From Lama guanicoe (taxonomy: Eukaryota): a stretch of 64,000 nucleotides of DNA. The position numbers and the translations under genes were made by a program. Where the stretch lies: NCBI GenBank assembly GCA_013239625.1, contig MU054308.1:169356-233355 (forward strand). Direction: 5' to 3'. Below the pieces are notes generated by a model that was not told the DNA's origin, did no database searches, and saw only the letters and a list, made by a program, of their open reading frames with translations. Positions 41,699 to 51,829 of this stretch are shown here, piece by piece. The first letter of the stretch is position 1. Every line of letters begins with the position of its first letter.

Positions 41699-42699
41699 CC
41701 GATACAGCCACCAACTGAGGAAGCAAGAGAAGAAAGGAGTTAGTTATGCTGGGCTAGAGCCCACTTCTAAAATCCTTGTCAGCCACTGAGGCTGCCCCGA
41801 GTGCACTGAGCCCTCCTCCCAGGGACGGGCAGACATGACATGCGCCCTGCGAACATGGGGCAGCAGAGGCCATTCCCAGGACTGGCCCTGGGGGAGACGG
41901 GAGCATGTTCAGCTGCTCCACCTGGGGCAGTACCCCTCCCCACAGCTCCAGCCTCCTGATTGCACCGCGCCTGCCTCTCAGAAACCCACTGACTTGAAAA
42001 CAAATGATCCGAGAACCTGGGGCAGCGGCGGGGAGATTGGCAGCGACCTGGCAAGCTTGTCGGTTTTCCCTCATCTCCCCCATGGCCTGTCCTGGGCTCG
42101 GCCTCTGCTGCCCCACGCATGGTCCCCAAGTCAGCCTGCTCCCTGGTGGAGGGCGCGGTGTGGTCGAAGACAGCGGCAGGTTATGGGGTCTGCCCCTGGG
42201 AGCCTGTGGATTTGCTTCAAACTCCCCAGTGCATGTCCTGGGCTTGGCCTCTGCTGCCCTAGTTTCGTGGAAGTCAGGTTACAGGTCAGCCTGCTCCTGG
42301 AAGGCGGGTGCTGTGCTGTCAGGGAATGGCGGTGACTGTGATGGCGGGATTGGGGCTGCCTTGTGAGAGCACGGGTGTTTGCTACCATTTCCTACTGTTG
42401 CTGCAGCCACCCCGGCACACTGACCACACCGTGCCCGCCTCCCAGCAGACTGACCTGTAACCTTAATCCCACGAACTGAGGGCTTTAGAGGCTGCCCCCA
42501 AGGTCAGACCACGGGGGGATTAGAGCAAATCCAGGGGCTCTCATGGGGCAGCCCCTATCCCATCTGAGGCCCTGCGGCCGCACCGCACCCACCTCCAAGG
42601 AGCAGGCCATTGTCTGAGGGCCAGTTGGAGATGCTCCTGGGCCGTCCGGCGCCCTCCCACCTCCCGGGGCTGTAACTGCTCTCCTAAACCCGGGTATCA

Positions 42700-43270
42700 G
42701 CAACGGCAAAAACATGGAATTCAGGAACTAATAATGAAGGGGGCACCACGAATCCCGGCGGCAGCCGGGAACCACCTCAGGGTCCTAACGGGATGCGCGG
42801 CGTGGACCTCACCTCCTCACCCCTCCCTGTGCGCCTCCCCAGCTGCACAGCCCAGGCATTACCTGCCAATTCCTCGAGCAGCGTGTCCCCACCAGGGCCC
42901 CCTTACCTTCCTGTCAGCGGCAGCAGAGCCAAGGGAAAGTAGCGGCCCAGAACCCAGGCTGTGTTCCTCTTCCAGGAGCTGGTCCAGGAGCAACCGGCTC
43001 CCACCAGCTTCCACACACTCAGGGCGGGTTATGGCGTCCACGCGTCTGTGTGTCTGCACATGCGCGCCCCTCCTCCTCCCGCCCGCAGTGCAAACTGCTC
43101 GGGTGGGGCTCCTGCTGTACCGGACATGGCCCCTGGGGCCAGGAAGAGCCAGGTGGGGGCCCTCCTCCTCGTCCCGCCAGGTCTCTATCCCCAAAGCCCC
43201 CATCCAGCCACCGACTGGGTCCTGGCACTGAACCAGAACCACGACCTCCCGGGGCCAGGCCACACCACAC
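42700..43270 (-). promoter_or_regulatory. CpG-rich promoter-like region with candidate non-coding first exon
   Basis: High GC and CpG content. GC boxes (43022, 43078), NRF1-like TGCACATGCGCG (43055-43066) and a YY1-like ATGGCG core (43031). Strong minus-strand donor AAG|GTAAGG at 42907/42906 and a second CAG|GTAATG near 42862. Confidence 0.45.
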
Positions 43271-44391
43271 CAGCCTCACTTCCCCTGCTCACCTTCCCCT
43301 CCCTATTACTACCCTCTTACCCCCAGCCATGTCCAGTCTCCCACCAGACCTTGAAGACAGGGCTCCTTCTCCTCACACCGAGGTCCCTGCCCCAACGCTC
43401 CATCCTGCTAGGTCCTAACCTATGACCCTTACACCCCCAAGCTTACCCCTCATGCCTCACCACAGGACCCCCAACATCCTGAGATTGTCCCCCTCAACTC
43501 TCAGCCAGGTCAGTTCCACTCTGAGCAGGCCCCACACCCCTCAACCTGTACCCCCTCACCATGGGATCTCCTTCACTCTGAGTGCACCCATACCCTGAGC
43601 TCACTCCCTCACCCCTCACCCTGTGGTTGGGGTGGGGATATCCAGGCTCTAGTAATGATGACTACTGCCACCAGTGGGGGATCCAGCCTAGTGTGCACCT
43701 TCACATTTAATGTCTGAGGCTGCAGGGCGAGGCAGGATGGGCTGAAGACGGTTCCAATTCCTGCCTTGGCACCCTGATCCCTGTGCCCTGTGCCTCAACT
43801 GACCCGATGGGTCAGGGTGATCCCAGGCTGCCCGCCACTGGTCTGTGGGCCTTGGGTGGTTGATGGTCCTGATGGTGATCTGAATCCCTAGGGCGGAGTC
43901 ACTGGGCACGTGGACCTTTGGGGGTGGGAGAGTTCAGAGGATGCACTTGAGCCCAGGGGTAGACAGCAGATGGTGGGCAGTGTGCATGGCCTGGGCTTAG
44001 CCCAGGTGGGTGCAGGAATCTTGTTAATTCACATCAGGCCAGAGGGAAGAGGGACAGGAGCTTTGAAAGTGTCAACGTTAGGAAGCCAATGCTGGAGAGG
44101 AATGTAGGCAGGTGTATTGGCCAGGCCACCTTGGAGCCCGCCGCGACGCTGGTCCCTTGCATCGGGGAGCCTGGCAGTTGACTGGCCAATGAGACATCCC
44201 CTGCTGTGTTATAGTTTGCCGGCAATTGAAGGGACTTTGACAGGTAATTTTAATCCAATAATTGTTACTTTCTCTGCGGGAGATCAGGTCCAAAGTCATG
44301 GTGAATATGGCAGGGATCCTGACTGAACTCCAGCCTGGGACGGTGGAGGACCCACCCAGGAATCATACTCTTAGCTCTCACCAAAAGTCAC

Positions 44392-44817
44392 TGTAATAGA
44401 GAAGAACAAATCTGACTCCATATTGGATCTGTTCCTTTTCCTTTAAGCCTGTGTCCTGTTTTCTAGGCTTAGTCTTGCTAGCTCTGCACCTTTTGTAAAA
44501 CAATGTTGCCCTTACCCTGAAATAAACAGGAGAGCCTATGCTCAAAGCTCTGACCTTAACGGATATTAACACTTTTGCCCTCCTATAAAGATAACAAGTT
44601 GCAGAATAGAAAAAATTTGTTTTGTTGCAGGTTTTACAGGAACACCATGATCTGACCCACGTGGACAGCTGCAAAGGGTTCCAAAAACAAAGGAACCCTA
44701 CACCAAGAAGTTTGCAACAACCAACCACAGCCCCTCCCCTTTTTAGTAGAAAAGGAGACTGAATTCTGACTTGGGGATAATGGTTCTTCAAGATATTAGT
44801 CTGTCATTCTCTTGGTC
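44392..44817 (+). mobile_element. ERV LTR, 3'-truncated
   Basis: Starts TGTAATAGAGAAGAACAAATCTGACTCCATATT and ends before a polyA signal at cttggtctgc. Confidence 0.7.
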
Positions 44818-45099
44818 TGCAGCTGTCTACGTGAATCGGGTCATAGTGCCTCTGTAAAACCTCTAACAAAACAAAAGTTATTTTCTATTCTGCAACTTGC
44901 CTTTATATAAGTGCAAAAGTGTTAATATCCTTAAAGATCAAAGCCTTGAAAATAGGCTTTCCTGTATATTTCAGGCTAAAGGCAACATTGTTTTACAAAA
45001 GGTGCAGAGCTAGTAAGACTAAGCCTGGAAAAGAGGGCACAGGGTTAAAGCCAAAAGAGCAGATATTATATGGAGTCAGATTTTTTCTTTTCTATTATA
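44818..45099 (-). mobile_element. Second copy of the same LTR family (5' part), inverted
   Basis: Reverse complement of 44392-44673. The ORF track gives near-identical peptides on opposite strands (ATLFYKRCRASKTKP). Confidence 0.8.
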
Positions 45100-45144
45100 G
45101 TATATTCTATATTTATGTTTTAAGCTTATAAGAATACAGTTTAG

Positions 45145-46110
45145 CCTTTTCCCATTTTAAATTGTGAAATTTTAAGGAGCATTAAGGGCATTCACAATGC
45201 TGTGAGACCAACACCACTGGTTTCAGACTATTTCCTTCCTCAAAGTAAAAGCTTGTATCCACAGCGCATCCCACGTCCTCCATCCCCCAGCCCATGACAA
45301 GCCCTCATTCCCTTTCTCTCTGTGTCTTTACCTATCCTGGAGGTACCCTATCAATGAAATCATATAAAAGGTGGCTTTTTTTTTTTGTCTGCCCACATAT
45401 CTTAAGCAGGGACGGGTGAATTACTTTGTTTGTTTTTATGTGAGTTAGCATTTTGTATTTTGAGAGGAAAGTCCAGATGGATTAAAGATGAGACGTACCA
45501 AATGAAGCTCTTTTAGTAACTCTTTGCATAATCTCAGGGTAGGCACGGCACTTCTAAATGTGAAACCAAAGCCAGAAGGAAGATGCTTAGCTCTTCCTGT
45601 GGGAAAATAAACCAAACTAAACCAGAAAACAAAGGCCAAGAAAGACAGATGGAAAGACATACTACAACCTGGAAAAAGTGTTCCTCATGACCCAAGGTCG
45701 GAGAAAAGCTTCACATCCCTGTGGTCCAAAAACCTTTTGAAGCCCAGAGTTCTGAAAAGAAATAAAACACACATGGGCAGTTCCAATGAGAGGCAGTGCA
45801 GGTGGCCAGTGTGTGCTAGAGATGCTCGACCTCTGAGGTGAGGACACGGGCAGATGGACAGACTGCAGAGACAGCATTGGCCCCCATCACACTGGCAGGT
45901 CTTTAGCCTGGTGACAACCAGCCCTGGTGACATTGTGAGCAGACAGAGGCCCCAGCAGGTCCCCTGGAGGGAAGAACAAATGTACGCTCCTCTCTGGGGG
46001 AACAGGTTGCAGGACACATCAAAGTGACACAGGTGCATCCCTTCCCTAGCAGTGCTGATCCTTAGAGTAGATCCCACCAAAGTTCTTGCACAATTTTCAA
46101 AGATAATTTT
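45145..46110 (+). repeat. Diverged direct duplication, copy A
   Basis: Colinear with 48762-49735: shared antisense L1 3' relic followed by unique sequence, e.g. catgggcagttccaatgagagg, ggtgacaaccagccctggtgaca, ccctggagggaagaa. Confidence 0.9.
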
Positions 46111-46187
46111 TCTTCAGTAACATGAATTCAAAATAATCAATATTTCATCAAGACATTTTCAGAAGTGACCTTACCTGGGCCCTAACA

Positions 46188-46370
46188 ATACACACACATA
46201 AATACACATATATACACATAAATATATACACACATATACACATAAATAAATACACACATATACCCAGGAAAAGAGACAGACTGACTGAAACACAGAGAAG
46301 CAGAGGGAGACAGAGAAACAGAGATAGAGACAAGACAGAGAGGCACTGAGAGACAGAGAAAATAAACACT
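46188..46370. repeat. (TA/CA)n and (GA)n-rich simple repeats
   Basis: Directly visible. Confidence 0.85.
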
Positions 46371-47150
46371 GGAGCTGGGAATGAATGGAACTCACGCACA
46401 TTTTCACAAGTCAGTCTGTATGGTCAGAACCCGGTCCCAGTGTCCATCCACCCTCCAGGGGAGGGTGTGCCGATCACACAAGGACATGTCACCAGTAGGC
46501 AAAAAAAACAGGGAGCCATTGTGGGGCAGCCCACCCCAGAGGTCGAAATGGGACACTGGGCCTGTAGATCAACATCACAGAATGACCTTGGAGGTTGTAG
46601 GACAGAGCGGATAATGTCAGAGTCGTATTTAATTTCAATCCCCCGACCGGGACCTGGGAAGCAGCAGCAAAGAGGATGACTTTCTCCAGAACCCAGGGCA
46701 GACCCTTGTCTGTGTGGCATGTGCTCTGCACTCCGCCAGCCCTCTATGGGGTACTTCCCTTGCTGAGTCTGTACACGGGCTCCCTGTGATGCCAGCACGT
46801 GGGGGTGAAAGATGCAGTACGTGTTTCTTGGTCTAGATACAGGATGGTTTCTCTAGGAAGCAGGGGCCAGAATGATCCCCACTGTGCTGATGGGGGATTG
46901 GGGAGACCCTGAGAGACACGTGGCTTGTCAAGGGTGACAGCACTGCTGAGTTGGGGGAGCCGAGTGTGAACCCAGCTGTGTCCTTAGAGCTGTGGCCCTG
47001 GCTGCATCCAGGCCTCCCCAGGGCTATGGGGGCACTGAGATGTTGTCACTGTCCGTGGACATGGCATGGGTTGGGAAATGAGAGATCAGCAGCACAGAAA
47101 GGCCCTTGGGGAGCTTTGTGTAAGGAGGAAGCTTGGATAAGGGGACCCCA

Positions 47151-47168
47151 GGAAGTGACCTCACTTCC
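47151..47168. promoter_or_regulatory. Palindromic ETS/CRE-like element upstream of the ATG
   Basis: GGAAGTGA-CC-TCACTTCC is a perfect 8-bp inverted repeat enclosing TGACCTCA, about 100 nt before ATG 47265. Confidence 0.35.
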
Positions 47169-47264
47169 CTGGCAATAGAGCCCAACAGAACTTGGAATCG
47201 AGGTCACCAGGCACACACTCAGTAGAGAAGCCCCTACTCAGCTCACTTGGTTGGAGACAAAGGC

Positions 47265-47399
47265 ATGTACTGCTGCGTCCCAACAGCACGAGGCCACGGC
47301 CTCCGGAAAGCCCACAGCGAGGGGCTGTACCAACGCTGCCGGCGCTGGGTCAGGTCTCACCCAAGGCGCCTCTGGCCTTTTGGCCAGAGAGACCCAAAG
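47265..47399 (+). CDS. Coding exon 1 of a RalGDS-like (RGL4-like family) N-terminus-derived gene
   Basis: ggcATG start, 45 codons MYCCVPTARGHGLRKAHSEGLYQRCRRWVRSHPRRLWPFGQRDPK, ending at AAG|gtaaca. Resembles the MFSCC...RRLWPF..R N-terminal exon I recall from laurasiatherian RalGDS-like expansions. Confidence 0.75.
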
Positions 47400-47809
47400 G
47401 TAACACAGGGAGGCCCAGGGCAGGCCCACCCAGGCCAGGCCACCACTCACATCCCACACAGGTAGCCCCACAGCCCCTTCCTGGCTGGTGGAGGTGGGGC
47501 AGTGATGTTGGGGATGGGTTTCTGAATCAAGCAAGAGCAGGTCAGAGGCCTGGGGGACCGGTCACATCCACAGCCCAGATCAAAGCTGGCTGGCTGGGAT
47601 GTGGGGAGCCAGGGTAGGGTCCTGCTGCCCGAGGTGGAGCCCATGCTCTCTGGGTGTGTCTCTTCCCTCCTGGGTGACTGTCTGAACTGAACAAGGTCCC
47701 AGTCTGATCTCGCAGTAGAGGGTCGAGTGGACAGAAGTAGGAGTGTTCCTGGCCGGGCAGGGCTCTGAGACTTCCAGGCTGGGTCAGCTGCAGGTCACTG
47801 TCATTGCAG

Positions 47810-47917
47810 AGCCAGACACCACATATTGAACTGGAGCCAATGAATAAGAACACCCACACCAGCTCCCCAACTGAAAAGCTGGTGTGCCACACTTCTGAGG
47901 GCCAGTGTAGGCTCCAG
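47810..47917 (+). CDS. Coding exon 2 of the RalGDS-like-derived gene
   Basis: tcattgcag|AGC...CAG|gtgagt, 108 nt, phase 0/0. Encodes SQTPHIELEPMNKNTHTSSPTEKLVCHTSEGQCRLQ, similar in length and ends to the RALGDS SSTQEIGEE...GQRWLG exon. Confidence 0.7.
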
Positions 47918-48061
47918 GTGAGTCTGGTTATGGGAGGGTCCCCACCACAATGGCCCAGAAATGAATGGGGCAGGCCTCCGACCCACACATCACCCAGGGT
48001 TCTCACCAGGGACCCACCCGTGGCTGACCTGGAGCACCGTGCCCACCTCGCTGCAAGTCAG

Positions 48062-48097
48062 GTGGAGGACCAGGAGCCCCCGAAGCAGAGCCCAAAG
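48062..48097 (+). CDS. Putative 36-nt coding exon 3
   Basis: CTGAC branch-like motif at ~48024; gtcag|GTG...AAG|gtgaga, phase 0/0. Encodes VEDQEPPKQSPK. Confidence 0.5.
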
Positions 48098-48351
48098 GTG
48101 AGAAGGGCAGGGCTGGTGCATGTGTGTAGGTGAGGGAGGGGCGAGGGTTGGGCCACACAGGGAGGTGTCCCCAGAGGCTACTGTTGGGACCAGAGCAAAG
48201 AATGGCCTCAGACCACCTGTCTGGAAGAATTCAGTCACATCCTGTGAGCACTTTCTGGGTGGGAGCTGTCTGGAAAGCTCTGGGAAGATTTCTATCCTTG
48301 AAGAGGCACATGGAAAGGGAGGCACGTGGGTAAATGTTTCCTCTCTCACAG

Positions 48352-48776
48352 CATGAGCACTTCCACAAGACTTAAAACTCTCTCCACATCCAACAGTTAC
48401 AGAGCAGGCAGGGGCAGGGGAAGATGTCAGAGACCCAAAAAATGATGATCTGGATCCAGCAGGAGACTGCGAACTCCCTCCTGCCGCTCCTGCAGCTCTT
48501 CCTGAACCTGCATCTTCACCTGGACTGCTGGACAACGGAAAACCAGTTCAGGCATCACCACCATCTGGGGCAAAGCCCCCTCTGCACCCACCCACACCTT
48601 CTTCTCCAAAATCTTCTCCAAAATCCCAACATCATTTCCCTCCCCCTCCCAAACTTGACGTCCCTTCTGCTGGAGATTTTTTTGTTTGGTTTTTCTTTAA
48701 TTTCCTTTGTTTGTTTCACATTTCCTTTTTCTATTTAAAGTTTCCTGTAATAAAATATAGACTTTTTCCCTTTTAA
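48352..48776 (+). CDS. Putative terminal exon: in phase reads HEHFHKT*; the alternative frame 48357-48776 is a stop-free Pro-rich segment with a hydrophobic tail (possible frameshift)
   Basis: Strong acceptor tttcctctctcacag at 48351. The shifted frame is open for 139 codons (ALPQDLKLSPHPTVTEQAGAGEDVRD...PPPPKLDVPSAGDFFVWFFFNFLCLFHISFFYLKF...). AATAAA at 48749. Confidence 0.5.
48749..48754 (+). terminator. Candidate polyadenylation signal of the RalGDS-like-derived gene
   Basis: AATAAA at the end of the putative last exon, followed by T-rich sequence. Confidence 0.4.
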
Positions 48777-49735
48777 ATTGTGCATTTCAGGAGCATTAGG
48801 TGCATTCACATAATGTGTGACCATCACTACCATCTACTTTCACACTATTTCTTTCCTCAAAGTAAAACCCTGGATCCAGAGTGCACACTCTCCTTTCTCC
48901 CTCCCCCATCCCCTGACAACCCCAAGTCCTCTTTCTCTCTGGGTATCTTTATCTCTTCTGGGTATTTCTGTCAATGAAACTATGAAAGGTGGCTTTTTGT
49001 GCCTGCCCACATGTTTTAAGCTGGGGCTGGTGATTTATTTGTTTGTTTGTTTTCACTTGAAGTAGCATTTTTATTATTTGAAAGGGAAATCCAGGGGGAT
49101 TAAAGATGTGATGTACAAAATGAAGCCCTTTTAGTAACTCTGTGCATAATCTCATGGTAGACACTGCTGTTCATCCTGTGACACCACAGCCAGAAGATAG
49201 AAAGGAGATTTTTAGCTCTTCCTGTGGCAAAAACAAAACTAAACAAATCAAAAAACAAGCAAAAGCCCAGAAAAACAGCTAGAAAGACAAAACACAACCT
49301 GTAAAAAACGTTCCACATAACCCAAAGTTGGAGAAAGTTTTCACATCCCTGTAGCCCAAAACCCTCTCGAAACCCAGTGTTCTAAACAGAAACAGAACAA
49401 ACATGGGCAGTTCCAATGAGAGGTAGTGCAGGTGGCCTGTGTCTGTTAGAGATGCTTGATCTCTCAGGTGAGGACACATGCAGATGGATACACTATTGAA
49501 ACAACACTTGTCACCATCACACTGGCAAGTCTTTAATCAGGTGACAACCAGCCCTGGTGACACTTTGAGCAGGCAGAGGCTCCAGCAGATCCCCTGGAGG
49601 GAAGAATGGACATATGCTCCTCTCCGGGAGAATAAGGTGCAGCATTCATCAAAGGGCCACAGGTGCACCCCTTCCCCAGGTTCCTTAGGGTTCATCCCAC
49701 TAAAGTCCTTGCACACCTATTCAAAGATGTCTTTT
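48762..49735 (+). repeat. Diverged direct duplication, copy B
   Basis: See copy A; offset about 3.6 kb. Confidence 0.9.
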
Positions 49736-50359
49736 CAAGGGTGTTCATAACAGCACTGGTCAACACATGTGGAATTAAAGCAACACTAAGGTAAATGGAG
49801 AGGGGATGGGGTCCATTCATTCTGGTTCACGTAGATGAATGAATGCTGTGCAGTTGGAAAAGTGGGTGCCTGGTCTCTACCCACTGTCAAGGGAGGCCTC
49901 AGGGTGGAAGTATGCAGACCCACCGTCTGCATCCAGGGTCCCATCTGCACGACCACATGTGTGTGAAATCAATATAGATGTAATGAATCTGATTGTGAGT
50001 GTGTGAGAGACAGAGATGGAGAGAGACAGACTGAGAGACACAGAGACTGAGAGATAAGCACCAAATCATTCATGACAGTCACCTCTGTGGGTGGGATTTA
50101 AAAATCTCTTCTCTTCTATTTTAGGTAATATTTCAATTTTTTGTAATGTGTCTGTATTGCTCTACTGATTATAAAAGGATTAAAATCCTATGTTAAAGTA
50201 ACCCATTCATTACTCATCTATGGAGTAACTAAAGTACATTAATCCTATTTTTAAAAGAATTTAAAGCCTTCTCAGGACTCAGTTCCATGTCAGCTTCGTG
50301 GCAGTAGACGTTCTCCAGGAGGTCGTGTCTGTTCTGACGCAGCATCCAATAGATGTGAG

Positions 50360-50650
50360 GAAGAAGTACCAGAGTTGGACACTGAAGACTACAATAGATA
50401 AGAGATTCTGTTGAGAGAAATTAAGACCTATATTCACAGAAAATAATCCCATATTCATGGAGCAGAAGGCTTAATTCTACTAAGGTGACAATAATCCACG
50501 AATAGATCTAAGGATTCAAAGAATGCCTACCCAAATCCCAGATGGTGTTTTGCAGGAATTGACAATCAATCTAAAATTCACGTGGAAAATCCAGGGGCTC
50601 AAAATACATGAGTGAATCTTGAAAGACAAGAACAATGTTCGAGGAATGTA
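50360..50650 (+). mobile_element. Old L1M ORF2 fragment
   Basis: cccatattcatgga...ctaaaattcacgtggaaa...aatcttgaaagacaagaacaa parallels 13430-13600. Confidence 0.65.
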
Positions 50651-51829
50651 AAGTCAGATGGAACCCACAGTTAATACAAAAGCACTTTAAGCTGAAGATA
50701 CCTATGATTCATTATATGTAGAAGAAAACCTGTCATGGAAGCCAATTCTCTCCTCTCCCTTTGCCCTATTAAGTTAGGTTGATAAAAAAGCCTTTAACTT
50801 TCACCATTTATCATGGTAGTTACTTTTCTGGTTGGCTCTTGCTTGTGTATCAACAAACCATTTCTCTCATTCATTTCCTCTTTAATTCTGTGGGCTCTTT
50901 GGGAAGGACTCTGGATGATGGGGACCTGCTCTTTTCTCACCTTCTTTAGTGACATCTTTTGTCCATGGTGAAGTGATTAAAAAAAAAGAAAAGGCTCATT
51001 GGTTTTGGGTCAGATTTGGAACATGTATACATTTGGAGACCCCCTGGAGAAACAAGGGGGTTCAATACTGCTGGGAGAATTTACTGGTTGTCTTGGCCAA
51101 ATGCCCAACAAGACAGTATTTGTAAGGTTGTTTTTTTTTTTTAAGTTTCTTACCCTAAAACAAATACCCTATCTAAACCTCTTGGATGATCAAATAGAAA
51201 GAAAAAGGAGAATCATGTCTGGCCTAAGAACACTTCCTTAACAAAACAGAAGGACAGAATCAGATTCAGAGCAAAAATTAAAATCCATTTATATCATCAA
51301 CCCTCCCACTCTTTTGTACACTGTCCTCATGTAATCTGCCAGATGGCCCCCTGGAGAAGGCCCTTTGCCCGGAACTCGTGTTCATTTTCAGAGCTCGGCC
51401 AAGCGGGAGGTTGGTCCCCAGGGCCTGAGAGGGGCTATTTGTGAAAACTTCTCTGCTGAGACCCAGCGGACTGAAGGTAACTGTGTTCTCTGAGGGAGAG
51501 AGAGCACACCGAGCCTCTGTGGAGGCATCTCTGAGATCCTCCCAAAGGCACAAATCTCTAACCCTGGACACGGGAATTTTTGATTGGCATCTTAGTTGGA
51601 AATCTCCTCCTGGATAGAAAGAAGCAGATTCAAGATGTTGCAATTGGATGGGCAGGTCGGCCTCTCGAATTAGTCGATGAGGAGGACACGCAATTCTCTG
51701 CAGAAGTAGGAACACCCATCCCTGCTCTGCTGACGTCATGTACAGAGAAACAGACGCGACTCTAGGGGGAATTCAAAACCCACCAACCTTTCTTACCGAC
51801 GTCAACGTCCCCACTTTATTCTCCTGTCA

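Noticed and set aside
41754..43425. Many overlapping 120-166 aa ORFs on both strands
   Set aside because: Expected from stop-codon scarcity in GC-rich DNA; no recognisable domain.
47990..48535. 181-aa minus-strand ORF, the longest in the track
   Set aside because: Antisense shadow of the Pro-rich exon; no homology or splice support.
50230..50360. CpG-containing minus-strand frame LLPHIYWMLRQNRHDLLENVYCHEADMELSPEK
   Set aside because: Short, abuts an L1 fragment, and I cannot assign it to any protein family without a search.
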